A DNA stretch of 58,583 nt from an uncultured virus (IMG/VR IMGVR_UViG_3300033149_005651) (Duplodnaviria; Heunggongvirae; Uroviricota; Caudoviricetes): IMG/VR virus record IMGVR_UViG_3300033149_005651; one strand, written 5' to 3'. A model generated the notes under the pieces. The model ran no database searches, was not told the origin of the DNA, and worked only from the letters and a program-made list of their open reading frames with translations. The position numbers were made by a program, and so were the translations under genes. Positions 20,137 to 30,183 of this stretch are shown piece after piece; position 1 is the stretch's first letter; each line of letters begins with the position of its first letter.

Positions 20137-20493
20137 TCATCTGGAAAAGTCATAAAATTCATCAATTGTTGATAGTGATACGCCCGATTTAAGTTCACAA
20201 CATAAAGAATACAGTGGGCTATCTTTTGTGGGCATTTCACATATATCAAGGACTTTATCAACAGTTATTTCATCGATTGGTTTAACTAGACAATATCCAT
20301 GATCTGATGATGTTAATAGACCTACTTTTACCATTCTTGGCAGGATTTTTTGGACATAGCTAACTGATATTCGTACTCGTCCGGCTTTATCCATTATTTC
20401 TGCAATTTGTTTTGAGTCGTGTTCGCTATTATTATGGTGGAGGGCACGTAATACTTCTAAAGCATATTCCATCCCACGCATTTCTTTTAGCAT
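20137..20493 (-). CDS. Rrf2-family winged-helix regulator
   Basis: EYALEVL...ISVSYVQKILPRMVKVGLLTS...GYCLVKPIDEITVDKVL matches the Rrf2 pattern. Confidence 0.75.
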   Translation of the reverse strand: MLKEMRGMEYALEVLRALHHNNSEHDSKQIAEIMDKAGRVRISVSYVQKILPRMVKVGLLTSSDHGYCLVKPIDEITVDKVLDICEMPTKDSPLYSLCCELKSGVSLSTIDEFYDFSR

Positions 20494-20513
20494 AATAGTC
20501 CTTTACTGCGATA

Positions 20514-21866
20514 TTATCGGGTTTTGCCACTACAAATTGTTCTACCGGCTTGTAATACATCTTCTATTTCAGGATCTTGAAATGCGGTGATATCAATATC
20601 ACTACTTATACTATGAATACGTCTTAGGGCTCGTTTATCAAATTGTTCGAATTGTCCTTCTTCAGCGGCTATCATTATTGAGCATAAGAAGAAAAAGAAA
20701 GCTGGTGATATACGCGACACATTAGTATTATTCCTATTATTTGCCCCATCTGTTGACCAATGATAATCGCATAACATAAATGGTACTTTTTTACCAACTT
20801 TATCAGTATCTTTTGGAGAAAGTCCTAAATTAGACAATTTTTTTAATATATCAGTTCTTTCAAATTTTGATGCAGCATCTGTTAGTTCTATTGCATCCGC
20901 TAATTCTACTTGCGATCGGATATATTCACTATTTTTTTCGGATACTTCTTTAAAGAACATATAAAGCGGACCCTTTTCAAGATAATGCATAGCATACATT
21001 GGGCCTGATGTACACCATGTAGAATCCGATTTGATACTTCTATCCATTACTCCTAGTGCCATAGGATTTACATTAGCTTCGAGAGTTGGTCCTTTTCCTT
21101 TTTTCTCTTCTACCCAATTTAATTCATCTTGTGTGGCGTGTTGTAGTAAAATCCAATTGGAGCCATACTCTTGACCATCATCAAGTGTTCTAATAGCAGT
21201 TGCTAGTATTTCAATCTTCTCGTCACCATATTTTCGAGGATCATACATTACCATTTTAAATCTCTCATCTTCTAGGATGTCCGTTCCTAATTTAGCGGCC
21301 CAATCTGTGAGAGAACTTCGAGACTGGGTTTCTGCTTTATCCTCATTGAAATCCGCTAATGTAATTTGTAAATCTTGAAAGGTCTTAAATTGCATTATGT
21401 CCTTAGGACCAGTATACATCGATTTCTTTTTGATTCTATGGAATTTAGCCAAAGACGCTTTTAATGCTCCACCATCTTCTGGTAAATTTATTGATCCTGT
21501 CCCTGTGGTCCTAACAATCCATGGCATATATGTTGCTTTTCGACCCGTCGGATCAAATTGAGCTAGACTTCTAACAATAATTTCAGGATCTGCTTCTATA
21601 CTAGCTTTTTTAGCATATCTATGCATAGGGGTGAATACTTTTCGGGGTCGTTCCGGTTCTTGTTCCGGTTCTTGTTCTATCGGTTCTCCTGATTGATCTA
21701 CTTTTTTCCGCTTTCTTTTAGGTTTAGGATTTAATAATTTATTAACTTGCTTAATACGAGACTGCATTTGGCCTTCTAAGTCTTCAAGAAGGTCTAACGC
21801 AGTTTCAAGACGATAATTAAATCTTCTATCGTTTGACGCGATTAATGAGTTCTCTGACATTGTCAT
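20514..21866 (-). CDS. Hypothetical protein of the jumbo-phage WCT-motif (PcfJ-like) type
   Basis: YMPWIVR, DIMQFKTFQDL and WCTS...YLEKGPLY motifs. Confidence 0.55.
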   Translation of the reverse strand: MTMSENSLIASNDRRFNYRLETALDLLEDLEGQMQSRIKQVNKLLNPKPKRKRKKVDQSGEPIEQEPEQEPERPRKVFTPMHRYAKKASIEADPEIIVRSLAQFDPTGRKATYMPWIVRTTGTGSINLPEDGGALKASLAKFHRIKKKSMYTGPKDIMQFKTFQDLQITLADFNEDKAETQSRSSLTDWAAKLGTDILEDERFKMVMYDPRKYGDEKIEILATAIRTLDDGQEYGSNWILLQHATQDELNWVEEKKGKGPTLEANVNPMALGVMDRSIKSDSTWCTSGPMYAMHYLEKGPLYMFFKEVSEKNSEYIRSQVELADAIELTDAASKFERTDILKKLSNLGLSPKDTDKVGKKVPFMLCDYHWSTDGANNRNNTNVSRISPAFFFFLCSIMIAAEEGQFEQFDKRALRRIHSISSDIDITAFQDPEIEDVLQAGRTICSGKTR

Positions 21867-22266
21867 AAAGCTTTAATGAACGTAATTCGGGAATTGTGAA
21901 AAAACCAACAGCAGAAAATTCATGATTTGGGTCAAGGTCTGGTTTGCTACTTCTTACTTTACATGGTACAAAAGCAACATTTTTATGCTTAACCATTGTA
22001 AACGGTTCACCTACTGCTCTACATCTGACCCCAGTTTCTTCGTAGCATTCTCTTTCAGCCGCTTTTTCGGGGGATTCTCCCCTTTTTATACCACCACCTG
22101 GGTGGCACCATTTATTACTACGACCATCACCGGTTCTATTAGCTAATCCTAATAACCATCGATCCCTATCTTGAACAATAGCAACAGAAGATTTAAAATC
22201 CTCCGTGAATTCTTCTTCTAAAATGAGATCTAGCCCGCAATCAAAATCTAATATTAATTTGCTCAT
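21826..22266 (-). CDS. NUDIX hydrolase
   Basis: Nudix box GGIKRGESPEKAAERECYEETGV; likely start MSKLILD at 22266. Confidence 0.9.
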   Translation of the reverse strand: MSKLILDFDCGLDLILEEEFTEDFKSSVAIVQDRDRWLLGLANRTGDGRSNKWCHPGGGIKRGESPEKAAERECYEETGVRCRAVGEPFTMVKHKNVAFVPCKVRSSKPDLDPNHEFSAVGFFTIPELRSLKLYDNVRELINRVKR

Positions 22267-22269
22267 GTA

Positions 22270-22293
22270 GTATCTTTGAGGGGCAAAAATACA
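22270..22293. promoter_or_regulatory. Back-to-back putative late promoters
   Basis: GTATCTTTG (CAAAGATAC on minus) and CAAAAATACA (+) between divergent genes; the same motif precedes many other genes. Confidence 0.45.
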
Positions 22294-22321
22294 ATGTCCA
22301 TATAACAAATAGGATAGAATT

Positions 22322-23152
22322 ATGAAATCTGTACCATTTAGAAAAAAGCTTGATAATCTTCTAAGAGAAGACCCAACCGCCATCGAAATCGGCGAAATAA
22401 TTGGGAATAATCTCAGTAGCTTCAGAACCTCCCAAGAATTAAAAAAGCATCTCACGGAGGGATCATTATTAAATATTGGCAGAATTTCAGCCGATGCTCT
22501 CTCAATACCTAATGGTAAGTACATGATATGGACAACCGACGTCGGCCACACCATGCTCGTCCCGGTTGAAAGCACACGAAAAAATGAAGAAGTTTTCGAA
22601 AGCAATGGTCAATATGAAGTCCTAACACCAGCTCTAATGAACCAATGGAAAACTCTTGAAAAATGCCTATCAGAAGAACAACCACCAGAATTCCAAGGTG
22701 AAGAATCTGAATCTGAATCTGAATCTGATTCAGATTCCGAATCAAAAGAAAAATCAAACGATACCACAGGAAAACAATTTACCTCAAAGATCGATCCGGG
22801 AAAAATAGACAGAAACCCGATGCTACGAGCGATGGAACAACAAGGGCAAACAGTTACATCCCTAGCCAATGCTACAGGCGTCCAGCCACCGATGATTTCA
22901 CGTCTTTTGCGAACCCCAAAAGATCGACAGGGAGATCCAGGAGGTAGAAACCCAAGTATTGGACTTGCTAGCGCAGTAGCAAATACACTACGAATGGATG
23001 TCGAAGCTCTTTTCCCAGACATTTTCGGGACACCAAAAGGCGACCTTGCACCACGCCAATCACCAGGAAATCGCGGAAGCGGAATGACTGGATCAGCCCA
23101 CGGTTCTAAGCGTAAAGGTGCTGCAACCGAAAAATGGACTCAAGGATCTTAA
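22322..23152 (+). CDS. Protein with a C-terminal XRE-type HTH
   Basis: TVTSLANATGVQPPMISRL...RNPSIGLASAVANTLRMDVEALF, preceded by an acidic ES/DS linker. Confidence 0.75.
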   Translation: MKSVPFRKKLDNLLREDPTAIEIGEIIGNNLSSFRTSQELKKHLTEGSLLNIGRISADALSIPNGKYMIWTTDVGHTMLVPVESTRKNEEVFESNGQYEVLTPALMNQWKTLEKCLSEEQPPEFQGEESESESESDSDSESKEKSNDTTGKQFTSKIDPGKIDRNPMLRAMEQQGQTVTSLANATGVQPPMISRLLRTPKDRQGDPGGRNPSIGLASAVANTLRMDVEALFPDIFGTPKGDLAPRQSPGNRGSGMTGSAHGSKRKGAATEKWTQGS

Positions 23153-23155
23153 TTA

Positions 23156-23557
23156 GTGAAAATCAGAAATATCGCTAATCCTGACGTTTTCTCAGAAATG
23201 ATGTCAGGATCTATGACATCAGCATCTATGATGGATACTGATCCTGGTTCTGATATACCATTAACTTCAACAGAAATCACCCATCAAGCTGATAATATCG
23301 CAGATGAAGAAACATCCGATGAAGTAGCCGATGAATTAAGAGCTGAACAAGAAGAAGAATTAGCCGAAAAAGAACAACGACAACGAATGCTCGAACCACA
23401 AATGGATCAAATGGGAAAATCGATTGGAGCACTCGATCAAGGAATCAGCCTCGGAGCATCACAAGCACGCGATATGGACCAATCACTCGGTGGGCTCGAC
23501 ACCGATATGGCAGCATTAAAAACTGCCCTACAATCATTTGAAAAAGCCGCCTTCTAA
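23156..23557 (+). CDS. Acidic coiled-coil hypothetical protein
   Basis: 133 aa, GTG start. Confidence 0.6.
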   Translation: MKIRNIANPDVFSEMMSGSMTSASMMDTDPGSDIPLTSTEITHQADNIADEETSDEVADELRAEQEEELAEKEQRQRMLEPQMDQMGKSIGALDQGISLGASQARDMDQSLGGLDTDMAALKTALQSFEKAAF

Positions 23558-24315
23558 TGGTACCAGTAGTTATATTGGTCAGAAGAAGTTTCGACTTCTA
23601 TGTCAATAATAAAAGCACGTTGCATGAAAACGCAGCGATGCTAAATAAACACACACAAGGACGCATAGCCGCAGAAGAATGGTGGAAAGAACTATTCGGA
23701 ATCTCTTGGGAACATACTCGCCAAAAGATCTCACGCATCGCAACAGCATTTCTCATGTTCAACTGTAAACCTGACGGAATGTTATTCCATAGCGAATTCG
23801 AGTGTTTGCCGAAAGAAGGATGGATAATCCCAATAGATGATGATGATCTAATAGACCCAAAAATCATCAAAATACTAAGACAAACCGATCTAAAAAATGA
23901 AATGGTAAATTGGGGTGTTTTTAGATTAGGCCATGGGGCAATTATAAGAAGAAGAGTAGGATTCCCATCAAATGGCTACGCAATAAGTGCTGATAAAATT
24001 GTTAGCAATACAGAAATCGTTGTGCAAAGGCACTTACAAGCGGCAAAAGTACGCAGAAAGAATGAATCTATAGAAACATTAGTAACCAAATGCGTCCCAA
24101 TTGATGGGATGTATGGGTGTAAAATAACAAATCCTGCGAGCGTAGGAATGCTTAAAAGTTATAAAACCCGCGAGAATTGTGTGGCAGAAATTAAGAAATT
24201 CCAAAGATCAAATGTTGATGGATTACCAGAAGTTTATAGGACTCACGTGCGGAGAATCATAGATAATTGTTTTACATTTGCGCAGTCTGGATCTGATACT
24301 CGCCTTGTGTCTTAA
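23557..24315 (+). CDS. Hypothetical protein, possible glycosyltransferase-like
   Basis: WIIPIDDDD resembles a GT-A DxD strand; TAATG-coupled to the upstream gene. Confidence 0.4.
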   Translation: MVPVVILVRRSFDFYVNNKSTLHENAAMLNKHTQGRIAAEEWWKELFGISWEHTRQKISRIATAFLMFNCKPDGMLFHSEFECLPKEGWIIPIDDDDLIDPKIIKILRQTDLKNEMVNWGVFRLGHGAIIRRRVGFPSNGYAISADKIVSNTEIVVQRHLQAAKVRRKNESIETLVTKCVPIDGMYGCKITNPASVGMLKSYKTRENCVAEIKKFQRSNVDGLPEVYRTHVRRIIDNCFTFAQSGSDTRLVS

Positions 24316-24610
24316 AATCATAAACGTGCCCACCTACTCTCATTCCAACAACCAATTCTAAATCATCTTCAGCATCTGCGATATCTTCAAGTGCGTTTAT
24401 ATCAACGTCGAATTTTTCTGCCATTTCGCACAAGGTCGGAAGACCACCTTGTTCTTCTATCCGTTTGATATATCTTTTGATTTTTGCAACTAGTTTTTCG
24501 TGATGTTTTATTTCGGTGAGGATATTCCTCAATTCTTGTCGCTTGTGTTTTCGAATTGATAACACATTCTCAGATATATCTTCCGTTCTTTCCGTTGGCT
24601 TCCCTGACAC
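24272..24610 (-). CDS. Hypothetical protein
   Basis: GAGGAG RBS before GTG 24610. Confidence 0.6.
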   Translation of the reverse strand: MSGKPTERTEDISENVLSIRKHKRQELRNILTEIKHHEKLVAKIKRYIKRIEEQGGLPTLCEMAEKFDVDINALEDIADAEDDLELVVGMRVGGHVYDFKTQGEYQIQTAQM

Positions 24611-24690
24611 TTTACGATTCTCCTCAAGTCTTAATAACTAATCGTTGTCAATGATTTTTTTTAATACCGTCATAAAAACAAAGATATGAT

Positions 24691-25899
24691 ATGAAATTAT
24701 CACATATCACAGAAGGTTTTCGGTACGAAACAGATTTATCCTCTGATGAATTGACTGACGCAGACATCAAACTCATCAGGGATAGGGGTCGTTTCATATT
24801 TACTGATACTGATTCTCCGCAAGACTTTATTCATGTTGAAGCGGTAATGGCTAGGAAGGATTTGCAAATAAAACCAAAAGATCCAAATGCATTGTCTACA
24901 TTTGCCGGTGCTGAAATTTGGTTTGGTTTTCAATTAGTTGATCCAACAACTTATCAATCTAATGTAAAAACAGAATATCCACGCGCTGAATTGATATCCA
25001 CAATAAATGAAATTGAAAGCATAGGACATACCCCAGACGGAAGGGGAAAGATCAAAACACTTGATTCTCTAAAAGCTTTATGGAATGAATGGGCATTGTA
25101 TACTAAACAAGCGAATCCTGCATTAGGGCACGATATTGAAGAATATCAAGAACACGTCGATAAAATTAATTTATTAATCCAACAAATGGAATCCAATAGT
25201 TCCACAACGATTCCAGGTTTTCTACAAACATTGGGCAAAACCGATACAATTAGTAAAAGAAAAATTTCAAAGCATCTCAGGCATTTACAAATCGCTTTTG
25301 CTAAAGCTGTGAAAAATCCTGAGAGCGAAAGCGAATTAGAAGTTGCCGAACAATTTTTCAATATGGCAACAAAATTATTTATTACAAAAAGACCGAGAAA
25401 TTATTTATATGTTGCGTATCCTAAATCTTCTAAAGACTTTAACAAAAGTATGGCTAAAATCATAGCCAGAGAAATAGACGCAATCCCAATTCAAATCGAC
25501 AAAGTTAAAACCAAAGATGTACAAATCAATCAACATGAAATGTTGCTAAGAGCCCAGGCGATGGTACAAAAACAACATAAATTGGAAGCAATCGGAGGAA
25601 TTGAATCATCTCATCCAAATTGGCCCCAAGAATGGAGAGATAGAGAAGTTAGAAAGCTCAAATTACAATTACCTAAAAATCCAGATGCAGAGGCAACAAT
25701 AAAAGCATTACACGGGGATAAAAGAAGATATGCTCAACTTTTCGGAATTAGTGATCCAAAACTATTCGCCGGAGAATCAATTTTAGTAGTTGATGATAAT
25801 GTAGCACATCAAGGAACTATGGAAATGCTACATGCTCTCATCAACAATCAAAAACCAGCTCGACTAGACATGTACACACCGTTATTATTGCCTATTTAA
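24691..25899 (+). CDS. Type I phosphoribosyltransferase-like protein
   Basis: C-terminal ILVVDDNVAHQGTM (PRPP-binding loop-like), YPKSS loop, N-terminal MKLSHITE leader. Confidence 0.6.
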   Translation: MKLSHITEGFRYETDLSSDELTDADIKLIRDRGRFIFTDTDSPQDFIHVEAVMARKDLQIKPKDPNALSTFAGAEIWFGFQLVDPTTYQSNVKTEYPRAELISTINEIESIGHTPDGRGKIKTLDSLKALWNEWALYTKQANPALGHDIEEYQEHVDKINLLIQQMESNSSTTIPGFLQTLGKTDTISKRKISKHLRHLQIAFAKAVKNPESESELEVAEQFFNMATKLFITKRPRNYLYVAYPKSSKDFNKSMAKIIAREIDAIPIQIDKVKTKDVQINQHEMLLRAQAMVQKQHKLEAIGGIESSHPNWPQEWRDREVRKLKLQLPKNPDAEATIKALHGDKRRYAQLFGISDPKLFAGESILVVDDNVAHQGTMEMLHALINNQKPARLDMYTPLLLPI

Positions 25900-26367
25900 C
25901 TCATGCTTTGCCGCATCACGGATCTCCATCCAGATCACCCCAAGCGCATTGCTTCCTTCCCATCCGTCGTCGTTCTTGATAGCCCCCCAGAAAAGGTTAG
26001 ACCCACGTCGCCCACGATTAGTGCAATCCTCAATAATCCTCGCGTCATCGGTTTCTAACAGCATTTGGCGGAGATTATCGTGTTGTTGAACTTTCAACGT
26101 AACACAAAATCTCATATTCTGAATATCTGTTGTGCTCAATGGTTTCACAACCATTTTATCACGTTGTCCCTTGGCTTTTAGCTTTGCAGCCATCGGAGAC
26201 TTTTGGGATCGGATCTCTTCTCGGATTTCTTGAGAATCAAATCGAAGAGCTTGAAACAGAGCCTCAGAAGTACGCCATGTCTTACCAAATGCTTCAATTG
26301 GGTACGGACTCATATTACCCAACCAGCCGAATGGCAATTTTACTTTAGTAAATGAGATTTCTTTCAT
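25885..26367 (-). CDS. NADAR (YbiA/DUF1768) family protein
   Basis: FGWLGNMSPYPI, WRTSEALFQA, IIED, FWGA and GSNALG..WMEIR motifs; GAGGA RBS. Confidence 0.88.
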   Translation of the reverse strand: MKEISFTKVKLPFGWLGNMSPYPIEAFGKTWRTSEALFQALRFDSQEIREEIRSQKSPMAAKLKAKGQRDKMVVKPLSTTDIQNMRFCVTLKVQQHDNLRQMLLETDDARIIEDCTNRGRRGSNLFWGAIKNDDGWEGSNALGVIWMEIRDAAKHELNRQ

Positions 26368-26429
26368 GATATCCTCTATATTAGTGATAATACAACGATC
26401 AATTATCTGTTGCAAATCAAAATTGATCG

Positions 26430-27044
26430 TTAATTCTCAAGCTTATATAACCCCAATTTATTACTATTATTTGGGATCATAGATAATCCAAATTCTTTTT
26501 TAGATTTGGGCGTCATCGCTGCCGGATGCGTACGTTTCCCTGGTGCGGCGATTGTACCCTTCAGGTGGGTGGAGTCCCATCCATTTGCGTTCTTACAAAT
26601 ATCATGATAAGTAAACTTATAAAGCCTATAATAAGTATCTTCCTTGACTAAATACATAAAATAACAAGTATCAAATTTAGCCAGCTCAACAGCTGTATAA
26701 AACCACCTCAACTTTTTGTTTGGTATGAACAAACCTCCAACAGACCCATAAATGCATATATCTAACGAAGAATTACATCTTTTATATTCTAAAGCAGTCC
26801 ACTTATGACCACCATGAAACATATACCTATCAAGCGGAAAACCAGCAAGCCAGGACCTCACAGTCCAATCAGAATCCTCAAAATATTTATCTATATAATG
26901 ATTATATTTTTCATCCGCAACACATGGCTTCCATGAGGAACTATGCCACGTATCCGCCGTGGCTTTAAAAATAGCAGCCAACCTCTTAGCAGGATCGTCA
27001 TGCTCGACAACTTTATCAATTGTATCACCAAAGGACTCAATCAT
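26430..27044 (-). CDS. Hypothetical protein
   Basis: 204 aa; GGAG RBS. Confidence 0.6.
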   Translation of the reverse strand: MIESFGDTIDKVVEHDDPAKRLAAIFKATADTWHSSSWKPCVADEKYNHYIDKYFEDSDWTVRSWLAGFPLDRYMFHGGHKWTALEYKRCNSSLDICIYGSVGGLFIPNKKLRWFYTAVELAKFDTCYFMYLVKEDTYYRLYKFTYHDICKNANGWDSTHLKGTIAAPGKRTHPAAMTPKSKKEFGLSMIPNNSNKLGLYKLEN

Positions 27045-27061
27045 TATGACTCCATCTATAG

Positions 27062-27084
27062 AAAAAGGGGCTTTTCAGCCCCTT
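27062..27084 (-). terminator. Rho-independent terminator
   Basis: Minus strand AAGGGGCT-GAAA-AGCCCCTT-TTT, downstream of 27108..28862. Confidence 0.8.
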
Positions 27085-27107
27085 AAATACACAAAAAACG
27101 TAAAACA

Positions 27108-28862
27108 TTATCCGATCCAGGAATCGCCTGTATATGTCATGAATCTAGTCCCATTAAACCATACATCCGCGAATTCTGGATCACGCCCAAATAAGATTTT
27201 AAGACGTGGCAAGATCTCATTATCATAAAAAGTAGGATCATCACCTACATTTGTCGCATCAACTATTAATCTAACACATTGATGAACTAACGCACCTTGA
27301 TAACCAAGTCTATCGATCGACGCGTTAGGAATAATCCCAGCCTGAGATTCAAGGTCAATCTGATTACCTAACCCCTGATCCTTCTCAGTTACATATCTAT
27401 TATCATAAGAAGGATTAACAGGCAATGTCCGTCGAGATGTGCTCCCCATCAAAGCATTTGATTGACCAATAGTTGGAACATATTTAGGAACTCGACTAAT
27501 TCCATAAGAACTGATTCGTGTCGCAGACATTCCATATTCTGTATCAGCGGGATCATCAACTATTGAATCGAATTCATCAAAGAAATCATCGATTTCATCT
27601 GTAGTTCTATCCCAAAGACTAGATAATACCACATGACCACGACCAAAATGTTGTCCAAAATCAGCAGAATCCCCACCAACCTCCAGCATAAGATTACCAA
27701 TTGGTACAATACTAACTATTTCGCCTTGTACGTAACTATTTAACAAATCTAAAGTTGCAAATTCAACAGGTGATGTGCTAGGTGTACCACCAGACCCAGA
27801 ATCAGTTACATTGAACGTACCAAAATAAAAACGCAACTGGGAACCAGTACCAATTCGTTCGATCCTGGTTATCCATACTGGGTATGTTAACCCACTCGTG
27901 TCTCCAGTTGATTGATCACCTGCTGGAGCAGTAATATCAAATTCTTTGAATAAACCGATTGGGATTGTAATATTGTCGTTCGAAACCCTATTGGCTGTCG
28001 AACCAAATGGATAATTAAATGATACTATCCAAGATTGAATATCACTATCGAGCTGCGGGATAGCATTCCATGCGCTATCGGTCAGGAGACCAGTACCGTG
28101 TGATACTGCTACTGTCGCATAATCGTCGCTTACTGAAGGCCCACCAGCTACTGAATCTACGATTTCATAAATTGCTGGATTATCATAGATCCCATCACTG
28201 TTGCCGTCTGTGACATCTGTTGGCGGTTCGAGTAAGGTTAAGAAATCTATTGTTTCTTGAGCTTCTGTGTCCAGGGTTCTGAATAAGAGAAATCCAGCTA
28301 CTGTTTCTACTTCTCCGGTATCAATCGGTGTTGATTCTTCTATTGAATCTACTACTGTTAGTCGTATTGGTTGATAAGTAAGATTACTTTCGATTTGATA
28401 ATCTGCAGCAAATATAGAGACTTCAGTCGCTGAATTTTCCATATTTGCTGTAAAGATTAATCGAAGGATACCATTATATCCTGTTGTTGCTCCATTTTCA
28501 CCAGATATTCGTTTTATTTTGGCGAGTCGGAGATTTTCCCATTTCTTTGGCAGAGATGCATGAATATCCCAGATCCATCTTGCCGGAACATCAATTTGTT
28601 GAGTGCCTGATGAGACTTTCGGCTGTATTACATATGGATATAAAACAGCGTTACCAAGACTCAATTGCATACCGTCGATAGCTTTTGCCAAGACTAATTG
28701 TCTAACGGCGATATCGGCAGGTGCTCTGTTTAATGTTTCGTAAAATACTGGATCGGTCGCCACTAACCAGCGGATATTAAGTGTTGAATCATCGCCAGTA
28801 AAACTACTGAATAGTGTTCCAGGAGTTTTCGTTGGGACCATACTCGGTGTTATTGTAGTCAT
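27108..28862 (-). CDS. Putative virion structural protein
   Basis: 584 aa, acidic and S/T-rich; GGAGAG RBS; followed by a terminator. Confidence 0.5.
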   Translation of the reverse strand: MTTITPSMVPTKTPGTLFSSFTGDDSTLNIRWLVATDPVFYETLNRAPADIAVRQLVLAKAIDGMQLSLGNAVLYPYVIQPKVSSGTQQIDVPARWIWDIHASLPKKWENLRLAKIKRISGENGATTGYNGILRLIFTANMENSATEVSIFAADYQIESNLTYQPIRLTVVDSIEESTPIDTGEVETVAGFLLFRTLDTEAQETIDFLTLLEPPTDVTDGNSDGIYDNPAIYEIVDSVAGGPSVSDDYATVAVSHGTGLLTDSAWNAIPQLDSDIQSWIVSFNYPFGSTANRVSNDNITIPIGLFKEFDITAPAGDQSTGDTSGLTYPVWITRIERIGTGSQLRFYFGTFNVTDSGSGGTPSTSPVEFATLDLLNSYVQGEIVSIVPIGNLMLEVGGDSADFGQHFGRGHVVLSSLWDRTTDEIDDFFDEFDSIVDDPADTEYGMSATRISSYGISRVPKYVPTIGQSNALMGSTSRRTLPVNPSYDNRYVTEKDQGLGNQIDLESQAGIIPNASIDRLGYQGALVHQCVRLIVDATNVGDDPTFYDNEILPRLKILFGRDPEFADVWFNGTRFMTYTGDSWIG

Positions 28863-28973
28863 TCTCTCTCCTATTTCTTATAAGTAAATTTGCCAACGAA
28901 TTTGAATGATTGTACAAATCCGTTTTGCAGCATGTTTTCGGTTGATTTGATCACCAAGTATTATATACACATC

Positions 28974-29402
28974 ATGCGTTATATAGCATACAAGAAGCGA
29001 TTTGATTTTGCATTAGGAAATCATGATAAATATTTATTGTTTCTAAAAAAACATTTCACCGAAACAACACCAACATTTTATATAATAATTGCTAAAAAAC
29101 GTATTAAAACAACGGATGGGATAATGTGGATGGTCAGTTTGGCAAAAGATATTGAGAATCCAGAATATGATGTCATAGCAGAATGTAAAATAAATGGGGA
29201 AAACATATATTTATGGGATAATCATTGTTGGGGAATTGCATTACGTAAGAATGGTGATCCTGCTCGGACGCCAGTCATTGAACCTAACCAGCGTGAGACT
29301 CGACTACGAAATCAATTTGACAAAATATATAAAATTAACCAAAGATCTATGATTTGCAAAACACTGTTATTGTTTAGGATCGGTACTCAAGAGGTAGAAT
29401 AA
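28974..29402 (+). CDS. Hypothetical protein
   Basis: Likely start MRYIAY. Confidence 0.5.
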   Translation: MRYIAYKKRFDFALGNHDKYLLFLKKHFTETTPTFYIIIAKKRIKTTDGIMWMVSLAKDIENPEYDVIAECKINGENIYLWDNHCWGIALRKNGDPARTPVIEPNQRETRLRNQFDKIYKINQRSMICKTLLLFRIGTQEVE

Positions 29403-29403
29403 T

Positions 29404-29745
29404 ATGAAATCATCAACCGCTGTGCTAGCCCCTCCAGAAGAGGGTATTAATGAAGAAAAAACCAAACCAAAAATTCAACCGCCGTATGCAGTCATCATCG
29501 AAAATGATGACTTCCATACATATCCCTATGTTATAGATGTCCTGCAAAAAGTCTTTAGCTTCTCAAAAGAAAAAGCTTTTTTACATGCTGAAAAAGTTCA
29601 TGTAGAGGGAGAAGCTTTAGTATGGAGTGGAAGTCTTGAAGTTGCAGAACTTAAACGTGATCAAGTAAAAAGTGCGGGGCCAGACTTTCATGCTTCTAAC
29701 ACAGTCAAATTTCCGCTTGGTGTCCGCTTAGAACCAATGGCGTAA
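29404..29745 (+). CDS. clpS: ATP-dependent Clp protease adaptor ClpS
   Basis: PPYAVIIENDDFHTYPYVIDVLQKVF...VHVEGEALVW..SLEVAELK...PL.VRLEP. Confidence 0.9.
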   Translation: MKSSTAVLAPPEEGINEEKTKPKIQPPYAVIIENDDFHTYPYVIDVLQKVFSFSKEKAFLHAEKVHVEGEALVWSGSLEVAELKRDQVKSAGPDFHASNTVKFPLGVRLEPMA

Positions 29746-29748
29746 CTA

Positions 29749-30156
29749 TCACTTTTCTGGTTTGCTAAGTTCTTCCTCAACTTGTTTCAATATTGAATTA
29801 TTCGCAAGAATTTTTTGACAATCTCTGGGATTTTCAAATGTGCTTGCAACACCAGTCCATCTAGACATTTCTGACCGCCCATTTCCGCATATATAAAAAC
29901 ATAATGGTCTACGCATGGGTAATTCTCGCATGACGGCATCATGGTCACATATCATTCTGTCCCATAAACATAACGCATTTTCATCAAGATCTAAAATCCC
30001 CCCTAATATAAAATTTTCAGGTGGTCTTTCTATTTCTCTTTTCGCGATTGCTTTAATAAGTGATATAATTGTTTCAACCGATGGGTTTTCATATATTTTG
30101 GTTTTTCGCCCATGATAACCCTCTACATTCCATTCGTTGATATTTTCAAGTTTCAT
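29749..30156 (-). CDS. Hypothetical protein with a MKLENINE leader
   Basis: 135 aa; GGAG RBS. Confidence 0.6.
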   Translation of the reverse strand: MKLENINEWNVEGYHGRKTKIYENPSVETIISLIKAIAKREIERPPENFILGGILDLDENALCLWDRMICDHDAVMRELPMRRPLCFYICGNGRSEMSRWTGVASTFENPRDCQKILANNSILKQVEEELSKPEK

Positions 30157-30183
30157 TTTTATTCTCCATTTTAGGATTTGATT

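Noticed and set aside
22267..22605. Long N-terminal extension of the NUDIX ORF
   Set aside because: It is antisense to the 22322..23152 gene; the ATG at 22266 gives a normal-sized NUDIX protein.
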